A stretch of 63,665 bases of DNA, counting the filler, from Nemertoderma westbladi (Eukaryota > Animalia > Xenacoelomorpha), in the NCBI GenBank assembly GCA_032718475.1. It is 4 parts of 4 records of this genome, joined end to end, with 100 filler letters (N's around TTAATTAATTAA, not from the genome) between each part and the next. Parts side by side here need not be neighbours in the genome. Positions count along the whole stretch, not along the records: positions 1 to 23,308 come from JAUCBJ010000552.1; 3 more parts are not named here. One strand, 5' to 3'. Made by a program: the position numbers and the translations under genes. Positions 1 to 12,200 of the stretch are shown here, one piece after another. The notes beneath the pieces are model-generated. The model had not been told where the DNA came from and did not search any database. It was given only the letters and a program-made list of their open reading frames with translations. Position 1 is the first letter of the stretch. The number at the start of each line of letters is the position of its first letter.

Positions 1-3000
1 AAAATCACTTATTCTATCTAATTCTCTCTTTTGGGCACCAAACCCCCAAAATCTAAAAATTTTAACTCAAATTAAAAAAATTTAAGTAGGGAATATTTCT
101 TTAAAAACAATCCCTCACCGGTCTTGAATTTTAAATTTTAAATAAATTTTTATATCTCATTATTATAAAAAAAATGCAACTTAATGAGGTTTGCCCCTCA
201 CACTTAATTTAAAAAAAATATGTGAGAGGAAGAAAATTCAATCTTTAAGAAATTTTCTCTAAAGCAATCTAAATTGCGCAATGACTAAACTCACTATCTT
301 TAGGGCAGGACCATAATTAAACACTACTCCTCCTAAACCTACTCGGGTTACACTAAAAATATTCCCTCTCTATCTATCCCCCCCCCTCCCAACCGGAGGG
401 GGGTTGAGACTAAACTGAAAAACTAATATAAAAATCTAAAGAAAGGCTGAAATAATCAACTAAAGTGACTTAAAAAATCACTTATTCTATCTAATTCTCT
501 CTTTTGGGCACCAAACCCCCAAAATCTAAAAATTTTAACTCAAATTAAAAAAATTTAAGTGGGGAATATTTCTTTAAAAACAATCCCTCACCGGTCTTGA
601 ATTTTAAATTTTAAATAAATTTTTATATCTCATTATTATAAAAAAAAATGCAACTTAATGAGGTTTGCCCCTCACACTTAATTTAAAAAAAATATGTGAG
701 AGGAAGAAAATTCAATCTTTAAGAAATTTTCTCTAAAGCAATCTAAATTGCGCAATGACTAAACTCACTATCTTTAGGGCAGGACCATAATTAAACACTA
801 CTCCTCCTAAACCTACTCGGGTTACACTAAAAATATTCCCTCTCTATCTATCCCCTCCCTCCCAACCGGAGGGGGGTTGAGACTAAACTGAAAAACTAAT
901 ATAAAAATCTAAAGAAAGGCTGAAATAATCAACTAAAGTGACTTAAAAAATCACTTATTCTATCTAATTCTCTCTTTTGGGCACCAAACCCCCAAAATCT
1001 AAAAATTTTAACTCAAATTAAAAAAATTTAAGTAGGGAATATTTCTTTAAAAACAATCCCTCACCGGTCTTGAATTTTAAATTTTAAATAAATTTTTATA
1101 TCTCATTATTATAAAAAAAAAATGCAACTTAATGAGATTTGCCCCTCACACTTAATTTAAAAAAAAATATGTGAGAGGAAGAAAATTCAATCTTTAAGAA
1201 ATTTTCTCTAAAGCAATCTAAATTGCGCAATGACTAAACTCACTATCTTTAGGGCAGGACCATAATTAAACACTACTCCTCCTAAACCTACTCGGGTTAC
1301 ACTAAAAATATTCCCTCTCTATCTATCCCCTCCCTCCCAACCGGAGGGGGGTTGAGACTAAACTAAAAAACTAATATAAAAATCTAAAGAAAGGCTGAAA
1401 TAATCAACTAAAGTGACTTAAAAAATCACTTATTCTATCTAATTCTCTCTTTTGGGCACCAAGCCCCCAAAATCTAAAAATTTTAACTCAAATTAAAAAA
1501 ATTTAAGTAGGGAATATTTCTTTAAAAACAATCCCTCACCGGTCTTGAATTTTAAATTTTAAATAAATTTTTATATCTCATTATTATAAAAAAAAAAATG
1601 CAACTTAATGAGGTTTGCCCCTCACACTTAATTTAAAAAAAAATATGTGAGAGGAAGAAAATTCAATCTTTAAGAAATTTTCTCTAAAGCAATCTAAATT
1701 GCGCAATGACTAAACTCACTATCTTTAGGGCAGGACCATAATTAAACACTACTCCTCCTAAACCTACTCGGGTTACACTAAAAATATTCCCTCTCTATCT
1801 ATCCCCTCCCTCCCAACCGGAGGGGGGTTGAGACTAAACTGAAAAACTAATATAAAAATCTAAAGAAAGGCTGAAATAATCAACTAAAGTGACTTAAAAA
1901 ATCACTTATTCTATCTAATTCTCTCTTTTGGGCACCAAACCTCCAAAATCTAAAAATTTTAACTCAAATTAAAAAAATTTAAGTAGGGAATATTTCTTTA
2001 AAAACAATCCCTCACCGGTCTTGAATTTTAAATTTTAAATAAATTTTTATATCTCATTATTATAAAAAAAAATGCAACTTAATGAGATTTGCCCCTCACA
2101 CTTAATTTAAAAAAAATATGTGAGAGGAAGAAAATTCAATCTTTAAGAAATTTTCTCTAAAGCAATCTAAATTGCGCAATGACTAAACTCACTATCTTTA
2201 GGGCAGGACCATAATTAAACACTACTCCTCCTAAACCTACTCGGGTTACACTAAAAATATTCCCTCTCTATCTATCCCCTCCCTCCCAACCGGAGGGGGG
2301 TTGAGACTAAACTGAAAAACTAATATAAAAATCTAAAGAAAGGCTGAAATAATCAACTAAAGTGACTTAAAAAATCACTTATTCTATCTAATTCTCTCTT
2401 TTGGGCACCAAGCCCCCAAAATCTAAAAATTTTAACTCAAATTAAAAAAATTTAAGTAGGGAATATTTCTTTAAAAACAATCCCTCACCGGTCTTGAATT
2501 TTAAATTTTAAATAAATTTTTATATCTCATTATTATAAAAAAAAAAATGCAACTTAATGAGGTTTGCCCCTCACACTTAATTTAAAAAAAATATGTGAGA
2601 GGAAGAAAATTCAATCTTTAAGAAATTTTCTCTAAAGCAATCTAAATTGCGCAATGACTAAACTCACTATCTTTAGGGCAGGACCATAATTAAACACTAC
2701 TCCTCCTAAACCTACTCGGGTTACACTAAAAATATTCCCTCTCTATCTATCCCCTCCCTCCCAACCGGAGGGGGGTTGAGACTAAACTGAAAAACTAATA
2801 TAAAAATCTAAAGAAAGGCTGAAATAATCAACTAAAGTGACTTAAAAAATCACTTATTCTATCTAATTCTCTCTTTTGGGCACCAAACCCCCAAAATCTA
2901 AAAATTTTAACTCAAATTAAAAAAATTTAAGTAGGGAATATTTCTTTAAAAACAATCCCTCACCGGTCTTGAATTTTAAATAAATTTTTATATCTCATTA

Positions 3001-3272
3001 TTATAAAAAAAAATGCAACTTAATGAGGTTTGCCCCTCACACTTAATTTAAAAAAAATATGTGAGAGGAAGAAAATTCAATCTTTAAGAAATTTTCTCTA
3101 AAGCAATCTAAATTGCGCAATGACTAAACTCACTATCTTTAGGGCAGGACCATAATTAAACACTACTCCTCCTAAACCTACTCGGGTTACACTAAAAATA
3201 TTCCCTCTCTATCTATCCCCTCCCTCCCAACCGGAGGGGGGTTGAGACTAAACTGAAAAACTAATATAAAAA
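1..3272. repeat. Tandem array of a 473-476 bp AT-rich unit, about 6.9 near-identical copies, truncated by the window start
   Basis: Unit start AAAATCACTTATTC recurs at 1, 474, 947, 1422, 1898, 2371 and 2846. Copies differ mainly in homopolymer length. Confidence 0.97.
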
Positions 3273-3548
3273 ATCCCATCTTGGCGAATTAATATACCGC
3301 CTCAATGTTAAATTCTAAATTTGGGGAAAGGAGCAGGTTACAGTTGCACGTCATTTTAACCAAAACAATAAACTAAACACAATAAAACTGGTTACAGTTT
3401 TATTTTTGAGAGTAATTAGAAGTTACTGTATTTGCGTCTAATTTCGACCGGAGATGGATGGATTTTTATTGCATCCAGTTCCCCCCCCCCCCCCCCCACC
3501 CCCCCCCCCCCCCCCCCCCCCCTATCTGATTAATTGACATTAAGTTTC
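3271..3548 (+). mobile_element. Dispersed repeat family A (non-autonomous element, class unclear), ending in a poly-C tract
   Basis: Core AAAGGAGCAGGTTACAGT.GCACGT.ATTTTAACCAAAACAATAAACTAAA recurs at ~25570-25828 (-), ~32414-32508, ~37013-37070 (-) and ~55297-55515. Confidence 0.75.
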
Positions 3549-3667
3549 CCCCCTTGTCTCGCTAACAAAATGCGTCAAAATTTTCCTTATAAATTATTGT
3601 CATAATCTCATTGAAAACTTCCCACAACATTATTGGGACTTATAATATGTATTCAATACGATTTCAG

Positions 3668-3827
3668 ATTTTCCAATGACGATCCCCAAAGTTTACACCG
3701 GAAGTGATGACGTTATAGGAGACATTGATGCAGCTTATGTTGATGAAATTTCCAAACATACAGTTCTTATTAAGAACGGAAATTTCTGGACGTTCAATGA
3801 AAATAACATGTTTATTGGTAAACAAAA
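3668..3827 (+). CDS. Hemopexin-repeat/ShKT protein, internal exon (hemopexin blade)
   Basis: TTTCAG acceptor and GTAAGT donor. Encodes FPMTIPKVYTG...GDIDAAY...IKNGNFWTF, which carries the hemopexin IDAA motif. Ends in phase 2. Confidence 0.75.
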
Positions 3828-3924
3828 GTAAGTTGATAAGATATCAGAAGTTCTAGAGTCCCCGTTGCTAAGTGACCATCGTTTCCTTTGCGTGCGCAAA
3901 GTGGGAGTTAAGCAATATTTCTTA

Positions 3925-6145
3925 ATTTAATGGATTATTTAAAGATAATTAAAGTTATAACACAATTAAACAAAAATATACATAAAACAGAGACAAATTA
4001 CAAAGGGGGCGGGGGAATAAGAGTTATAAGGGGGAGGGGAGATGGGATAGAGGGAGCGGGGAACGCAAGTGGAGGAGCCTAGGAGACGAGATCCAACAGA
4101 CCCTCGTCCGTGGACCTAATCGATCCTAAGATCGAAGCGGCATTGCCGATCTGAATGGCAATGAGGAGCCTCTGTAGGAGGAATCGGTGCGACCGCGGCT
4201 CGTTGGTGACACTACGTATACGGTCGCCGATCTCCTTCAGGAAACTGCGAGTGGAAGAACCCGGACAGCCGTAGGTCTCAAAGGCAACCGGGGAGAAGAT
4301 GTAGCCCCGGTCGACTAGCTCCCGGTATTTGGCTGTTTTCTTCTCCTCAGCCACCTCCGCAACGCGACCCCCAGCAGTCAGGGCAAGGTGTATGTGGCTG
4401 GGACAAAGGGGATCTACCACAGTCGCATCCCAAGTGACGGATTTACCATGTTTCCATGGAACCATGGTTACTCCGTCGACTCGCTTCCCACCACTCCTGC
4501 AGAGGCCTGGAGGTTCCAGCATAGCTGGGATCCTGCAGCTGGTCAACGCACGCTTAACCAGGTCATTGACCATGGCGTGGCGTGCGTGTCGCCCAGCGCT
4601 CCTCTTACAGGAGAGGCCATGGAGACCGTTGGGTGCGACTGGGTCGTCACAGCGGGCGCATTTGTGAGGCTCGGTGACCGGGCTACCAAGGCGTATTGCG
4701 ACTGCTACTTGCAACTGCGCGCCTGTAAGTTTCAGGCCCAGCGAGCTGACCGGAATGGCCTCAAGCCAGCAACCCGACACATCGTTCTCGATACAATTTA
4801 GGCGCGCAGTATCGAGTGGCAGTGCCCCCTCGCGGATGGAAGCAAGGGACGCCTCGTGAACCGGCTGTATCAGGACACGTTGTATGGCGTCAGTGGAGGA
4901 AGTGGCAGGTGGTGTGGTGCCAGTGTGGGAAGTAACTGTGGATGTGGTGTCAGTGGGAGAAGTGAGTGATGGTGTAGGTGCGGTGGCAGTGGGAACGTGA
5001 GTGTCTGTAACAGTTGGAAGTTGTGCGTCCCGCGCGGTGGTAGCGAGGGCAATCGCAGGATCGGGGTGGCTCCCGTCCGTTCTGAATAGGCGGCCTGAGA
5101 GATCGGAGCATGCAGCCGCTGAAGCAATGAAAGCGGAAGGAGCGAGCACGCATGCTGAACTGATCCCCAGGCCACCCATCCGAACTGGGAGACAGGCCTG
5201 GTCCCACGATTTACCCCCCATGTCACAGTTGGTGATCTCCTGGAGCGCTCCACGGAGCGTCCGATCATACTCCTTAAGGAGCTCCTGGTGTGTGAAACAC
5301 GGGGCAGCCCGAAGGAAGTAGACCAGACGAGGGATGGCAAAAGCGTTCTTTAAAAGGTAGAACGCGTGGTGCGCATCCAGGAGAGGGAGTCGTTTGGCGA
5401 GGGTGGAGAGGTCGCTGATCTTCTCGCGGAGACAGGAGACCATAGCGGAGTCGCCGATGGGTGCACCGAGCATCTCTAGATCTTCGAGCGAGGTGGTAAG
5501 GATGCCTGGGCACACCGTCTCGAACTCCGCAGCGATCTCCTGACGGATCGAATTGGAGACCTCCCCAACTATAAAAAGCTCGGTCTTCTTAGGGTTGATC
5601 TCCATCCCGAGCCGCTTCCCCTCACCCATCACCGTATGTAGGTCCTCCAACACCGTCCGGTGGTCTCCGGCGAGGTTACCATCGTCCAGGTACCAAACGT
5701 TGAAGTCAGACTTCATTGAATGGACCAGGTCGACGGAGGTGTCGCCGAAGAGGGCCGGTCCATCTGCATCACCCTGTTGAATTCCCTCTTCCGAGAGGAG
5801 TATCTCATCCCCATGGAAAAGGTAGCTTGGCTCGCCATAGGCAGCCAGAGTGTAGTTATACACTTGAGGGTGATTTCGATGGACCGTCTCTAGGATGGAG
5901 TCACGCGCCGGACGGAGTTGAAGGCGTTCCGAAAGTCCAGTTTCAGTAGAACGGTGCCAGGCGCGGAGGTGGTATTGATTAACGCCCGGGTCGCGTGGGC
6001 GGCAGCCTCGGCACCGTTCTTAGTCCCGATTCCCAGTTGGACGTCCCCGTAGGACTGACTCCGATCCCCACTGACGAGGTGCCCTGAGTATTTGGATGCC
6101 AGCCGCCGGAGGGTAAGTCCGACGGCTATTGGGCGAACCCCGTTC
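3925..6145 (-). mobile_element. 5'-truncated non-LTR retrotransposon with RT and restriction-like endonuclease (CRE-clade-like), antisense within an intron
   Basis: GC-rich block flanked by the 13-bp direct repeat GCAATATTTCTTA (3912-3924 and 6146-6158), read as a TSD. The coding sequence starts abruptly at GVRPIAVG. A ~150-nt 3' UTR follows. Confidence 0.92.
4079..6145 (-). pseudogene. Reverse transcriptase-CCHC-RLE ORF, truncated and frameshifted
   Basis: RT motifs RPIAVG, KLDFRNAFNSV, GIQQGDADGPALF and WYLDDG. C-terminal CARC..HGLSC..RH, RVDG..WDATV..K..KY and AFETYG. A 2-nt insertion near 5903-5908 breaks the expected NSVRRDSILETV. Confidence 0.9.
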
Positions 6146-6375
6146 GCAATATTTCTTAGAATATTAAAGTGAATTATAATCAATTAAAAATTAACTCGAC
6201 AAGCAAAAGTTAGAAAACTTTTAACATTATGACACTGCACCACAGGAATATCAATATTTACAGGAAATCAACAAATGGTTTGAAATGTTTAAAATTAATA
6301 TTCTAAGTAATTAAAATTACTTAGGATCCCTTTATAGCCTCATAAATCTTGAATAATTCAAACTATTATTCTTAG

Positions 6376-6543
6376 CGTTGACGACTTCAATGGTGGTGGT
6401 ATCGGAAGTTACCTAGCAACGAACGACAGAATCACAGCGGCTTCCTATACCCGTTATGGAAGGAGTCAACAACTAATATTGTTTACTGAGAAAGGGAGAT
6501 TCAAACTTATTGAGCTGAAAAACGGAAATCGAATATCTAACAG
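6376..6543 (+). CDS. Hemopexin-repeat/ShKT protein, internal exon
   Basis: CTTAG acceptor, phase-2 compatible with the previous exon. Encodes VDDFNGGG...DRITAASY...LILFTEKG. The donor (GTCAAA) is weak, so the 3' end is uncertain. Confidence 0.65.
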
Positions 6544-6830
6544 GTCAAAATACATTTCCATATGTAGTTAATATAAATTAATAACTTATTATTTAACAAT
6601 TGTTAAATTATTGTCATGTCCATCTTATAATATACAATCAAGACTTACTTAATTAATTTAGACTGTCATAGTATTGTAAGAATCATTAATTAATAAACCA
6701 ATGACTCCATCAACTCCACGCTGAACCACAACGGTATGTGTACTTCTTTTAACTTTTTTAACTACTGGCTTAGAACTACAAATGTGGCTTAATTTGAAAT
6801 ATCTTTAATTTACTATTACGTTTATTATAG

Positions 6831-7072
6831 GCAATTAGTGGATCAGCCGATGAAAGATGTTTTATCTCTACCATCTTCAGTAGACCTTGTCGATGCGGCC
6901 ACTACTGAGGTTATCCGAGGTAACAGCTACAATTTAATTATGTTCTACAACAACAAATACATCACTTATGTTAAAAGAGATGGGGGGATAGTTGATAGCG
7001 GAGAGGCGGACAATAAATGGGGAATTTGTCCAATTTCTACGACAACCTCAACCACTACTACAACAACAACCG
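6831..7072 (+). CDS. Hemopexin-repeat/ShKT protein, exon with last blade and Thr-rich linker
   Basis: TTATAG acceptor. Encodes QLVDQPM...LVDAAT...KWGICPISTTTSTTTT. Phase-1 GT donor. Confidence 0.75.
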
Positions 7073-8578
7073 GTACTGTATATCTATATTATCTTGTGGC
7101 TTGTCTATGTTACACTAGAACGCCATCAAGATGGCTTTAAACGAACCTGTCTTACACAGACTCCAAGAAACAGATGGGATTGGAAGATGCAAACCAAGAA
7201 TGACTTGCATCAACCAAAAAACTGCCTCCCATCTAATGTAATACACATTCGCCTAGGCAAACAAATCATAATCACAATTACTACGATGATGTGTGAAATG
7301 GTATCCATATCCGCAACCTGAGAAACGGCCCAAAAGAGCAGTTTATTCTGCGGAGGGGTCTTTTCTGTATTAGATAAATAAAATAAAGAACACTATAATT
7401 ACAGTATTTATACCTGATACATTCTCAGTTAGCCTAATAAAAACATCGGAGCAACCAATATAATGTACATGTACAAGCATCCTATGAAAGTTTGTGAAAT
7501 GTTCCCTTAAGTCTACCCAACAGCCGTTGGTACCCGGCTGGCAGCCACCCTGGTTCAGTTTTATGGTTTTGTTAGTTTAATCGACAGCTGTTGTAAACGT
7601 CCCAGATATACAAAACCTACTAAGCCTTTGCATTACAATTGAGCTTAGCCTAAGTTGATGACAGTATTATAACGATGACAATTAGGCCCTATAGATACAT
7701 ACGATATATAAATGATGTACTGCTTGACATTACACTAACTGGCTGAATAGAGATAGAACTATAATAATACGTTTGGCATTCTGTCAGATTTCAGTAGTAA
7801 GTAACCTCATAATAATTGCTAAATATCAATCACCTGAAAAACATTTCAAGCAAGGGAGTTGTGGGTATTTAATTTCGCGTTCAATAATGTTGAAAATATG
7901 CAAATATTTCGAATATCGCACTTCGAATCGTTCCCAACTTTTTTATTCAACAACTAGACAACAATTAATAAATACTTGCGTTTACAATTTTACAATGCAT
8001 GCAAGTGGTTTCAAGCCATTTGGTGAACATACATAGTGACATATATAGTGATATAGGTAAATATATATATATCCATCGTGTTTTTGCCGGCCTCAGCTTT
8101 AGACAAAAACTACCCAGTCTAAAGACAGGTTCGTTATAAGAACTAAAGGGTATAGACCGTTTCATTGTAATCGCACCTGTTGTCTCTATAGCAGCCTGTT
8201 AGTATAAGGTTATCTGTATTCCTTCCGTTGGTATTTCAATTTAGTGATGACGTTATAGAAATACGTTAAGCTCGTTATTTTATTTGTGAAATATGAGATT
8301 ATAAATTGAGAAATTCAACTGGAGTTTTCCTGTAGTGCCGCACGGGTCTAGAGAACCATAGGATTTAAAAATGTAAACATTGTGTTTATGTTTGTCTATT
8401 AATGTCGCTAGACAAACTTTGATGGCGGAGACCTTACAATATTCTGATGTTTAGAATATGGTTATCAACAGTTGAAAATGTTTAAAATATTCTGGCTCTA
8501 AAATGTAAATCAAATAATGAAAATTATTTATTAACTGCAGTACAATATTTCGAGTCATCTTGCTAATGTGTGTTTTAG

Positions 8579-8803
8579 TTTCTACAACAACAACAACGTA
8601 CGTGGTCCCGCCATCCTGCGTAGACACCAAGGTTAAAGAGTGCCCCACCTGGGTGTCTATGGGAGGCTGCTTAGTCAATGGTCACGTCGCTCGCAAAAAG
8701 TGCAGAAAATCCTGCAAGACTTGTCTCGGTAAACCTCCAGCAGTATACGAAAAAGGGATATGTGATGATCAGGTTACCTCCTGCAAAATCTGGAAAAATA
8801 TAG
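8579..8803 (+). CDS. Hemopexin-repeat/ShKT protein, exon with one full ShKT domain and the first half of a second
   Basis: TTTTAG acceptor (phase 1). Encodes CVDTKVKECPTWVSMGGC...KKCRKSCKTC, then CDDQVTSCKIWKNI-G, ending at a GTAGGT donor. Confidence 0.82.
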
Positions 8804-9278
8804 GTAGGTGTGCAAATACACAGTAACCCAGTAGGCCTAATTAAGTTAATTAGTGAGAAAAGCAGTTTATATTTTATAACTAAAAGGGAGAATAAATGAT
8901 CTAGAAATCCAGTAATTTGAATTTAAACGGATCTGCGTTCTTACTGTACCTTGTACATTGTGTACACGGTTCGCCTTGACTGACCGTAATACGAAGTAAG
9001 CAAGGTTATCAATACGGGTACTACTGTAATATTTGAACCCTTGTGGTGTCCCCCTATGTGGCGAGAGACTCGAGAACAGCTGAGTTCCTCCACGCAAATT
9101 ATATTTCAGACTTTTTACCAAGTTTGGTATAATTTTCATAAAATATTGACTGAGTTATTAGCCTTCAAACATTATCCTCTAACAGACTGACAGACATACA
9201 GACCGTCCGACAGACTACGATTGAAACAGCGTTGCCGGTATGCTAAGCTTGCTCACATCGCCCCCTCAATGCTATGGC

Positions 9279-12200
9279 CCTTCTATAACTTACTTTTTGG
9301 TTAATGTGAAGAAGAGGCCACCATGTACTTTATGTATTCCTTCTGTAACTATTACCTTTATGTTATTGTGAAGAAGAGGCCACCATGTACTTTATGTATT
9401 CCTTCAGTAAATATTACCTTTAGGTTATTGTGAAGAAGAGGCCACCATGTACTTTATGTATTCCTTCTGTAACTATTACTTTTAGGTTATTGTGAAGAAG
9501 AGGCCACCATGTACTTTATGTATTCCTTCTGTAACTATTACCTTTATGTTATTGTGAAGAAGAGGCCACCATGTACTTTATGTATTCCTTCTGTAACTAT
9601 TACTTTTAGGTTATTGTGAAGAAGAGGCCACCATTTACTTTATGTATTCCTTCAGTAACTATTACCTTTATGTTATTGTGAAGAAGAGGCCACCATGTAC
9701 TTTATGTATTCCTTCAGTAAATATTACCTTTAGGTTATTGTGAAGAAGAGGCCACCATGTACATTATGTATTCCTTCAGTAACCATTACTTTTAGGTTAT
9801 TGTGAAGAAGAGGCCACCATGTACTTTATGTATTCCTTCTGTAACTATTACCTTTAGGTTATTGTGAAAAAGAGGCCACCATGTACTTTATGTATTCCTT
9901 CACCTTTATGTTATTGTGAAGAAGAGGCCACCATGTACTTTATGTATTCCTTCAGTAACTATTACTTTTAGGTTATTGTGAAGAAGAGGCCACCATGTAC
10001 TTTATGTATTCCTTCAGTAACTATTACTTTTAGGTTATTGTGAAGAAGAGGCCACCATGTACTTTATGTATTCCTTCTGTAACTATTACTTTTAGGTTAT
10101 TGTGAAGAAGAGGCCACCATGTACTTTATGTATTCCTTCAGTAACTATTACATTTATGTTATTGTGAAGAAGAGGCCACCATGTACTTTATGTATTCCTT
10201 CTGTAACTATTACTTTTAGGTTATTGTGAAGAAGAGGCCACCATGTACTTTATGTATTCCTTCAGTAACTATTACTTTTAGGTTATTGTGAAGAAGAGGC
10301 CACCATGTACTTTATGTATTCCTTCAGTAACTATTACCTTTAGGTTATTGTGAAGAAGAGGCCACCATGTACTTTATGTATTCCTTCAGTAACTATTACC
10401 TTTAGGTTATTGTGAAGAAGAGGCCACCATGTACTTTATGTATTCCTTCTGTAACTATTACTTTTAGGTTATTGTGAAGAAGAGGCCACCATGTACTTTA
10501 TGTATTCCTTCAGTAACTATTACTTTTAGGTTATTGTGAAGAAGAGGCCACCATGTACTTTATGTATTCCTTCTGTAACTATTACCTTTAGGTTATTGTG
10601 AAGAAGAGGCCACCATGTACTTTATGTATTCCTTCAGTAACTATTACTTTTAGGTTATTGTGAAGAAGAGGCCACCATGTACTTTATGTATTCCTTCTGT
10701 AACTATTACCTTTAGGTTATTGTGAAGAAGAGGCCACCATGTACTTTATGTATTCCTTCAGTAACTATTACCTTTAGGTTATTGTGAAGAAGAGGCCACC
10801 ATGTACTTTATGTATTCCTTCTGTAACTATTACTTTTAGGTTATTGTGAAGAAGAGGCCACCATGTACTTTATGTATTCCTTCAGTAACTATTACTTTTA
10901 GGTTATTGTGAAGAAGAGGCCACCATGTACTTTATGTATTCCTTCTGTAACTATTACCTTTAGGTTATTGTGAAGAAGAGGCCACCATGTACTTTATGTA
11001 TTCCTTCTGTAACTATTACCTTTAGGTTATTGTGAAGAAGAGGCCACCATGTACTTTATGTATTCCTTCTGTAACTATTACCTTTAGGTTATTGTGAAGA
11101 AGAGGCCACCATGTACTTTATGTATTCCTTCTAACTATTACCTTTAGGTTATTGTGAAGAAGAGGCCACCATGTACTTTATGTATTCCTTCTGTAACTAT
11201 TACCTTTATGTTATTGTGAAGAAGAGGCCACCATGTACTTTATGTATTCCTTCTGTAACTATTACCTTTATGTTATTGTGAAGAAGAGGCCACCATGTAC
11301 TTTATGTATTCCTTCTGTAACTATTACTTTTAGGTTATTGTGAAGAAGAGGCCACCATGTACTTTATGTATTCCTTCAGTAACTATTACTTTTAGGTTAT
11401 TGTGAAGAAGAGGCCACCATGTACTTTATGTATTCCTTCTGTAACTATTACCTTTAGGTTATTGTGAAGAAGAGGCCACCATGTACTTTATGTATTCCTT
11501 CTGTAACTATTACCTTTAGGTTATTGTGAAGAAGAGGCCACCATGTACTTTATGTATTCCTTCTGTAACTATTACCTTTAGGTTATTGTGAAGAAGAGGC
11601 CACCATGTACTTTATGTATTCCTTCTGTAACTATTACCTTTATGTTATTGTGAAGAAGAGGCCACCATGTACTTTATGTATTCCTTCTGTAACTATTACC
11701 TTTATGTTATTGTGAAGTAGAGGCCACCATGTACTTTATGTATTCCTTCTGTAACTATTACCTTTATGTTATTGTGAAGAAGAGGCCACCATGTACTTTA
11801 TGTATTCCTTCTGTAACTATTACCTTTATGTTATTGTGAAGAAGAGGCCACCATGTACTTTATGTATTCCTTCTGTAACTATTACCTTTATGTTATTATG
11901 AAGAAGAGGCCACCATGTACTTTATGTATTCCTTCTGTAACTATTACCTTTATGTTATTGTGAAGAAGAGGCCACCATGTACTTTATGTATTCCTTCTGT
12001 AACTATTACCTTTATGTTATTGTGAAGTAGAGGCCACCATGTACTTTATGTATTCCTTCTGTAACTATTACCTTTATGTTATTGTGAAGAAGAGGCCACC
12101 ATGTACTTTATGTATTCCTTCTGTAACTATTACCTTTATGTTATTGTGAAGAAGAGGCCACCATGTACTTTATGTATTCCTTCTGTAACTATTACCTTTA

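Noticed and set aside
18-85. Mitochondrial tRNA-Pro-like sequence on the minus strand (NUMT hypothesis)
   Set aside because: The resemblance is loose with a poor anticodon stem, and I recognised no other mitochondrial gene or rRNA motif.
1-473. Hammerhead-ribozyme retrozyme
   Set aside because: No CUGANGA...GAAA core seen on either strand.
4329-5949. Short alternative-frame and plus-strand ORFs over the retrotransposon
   Set aside because: Shadow ORFs of a GC-rich coding sequence.
1-6158. 473-bp array as the target or partner RNA of the neighbouring RT (for example an SL-RNA array targeted by a CRE element)
   Set aside because: The TSD places the insertion in unique intron sequence ~650 bp from the array, with an exon between them. 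The minus-strand TAATTTGAG is not followed by GT, so there is no convincing SL exon or donor.
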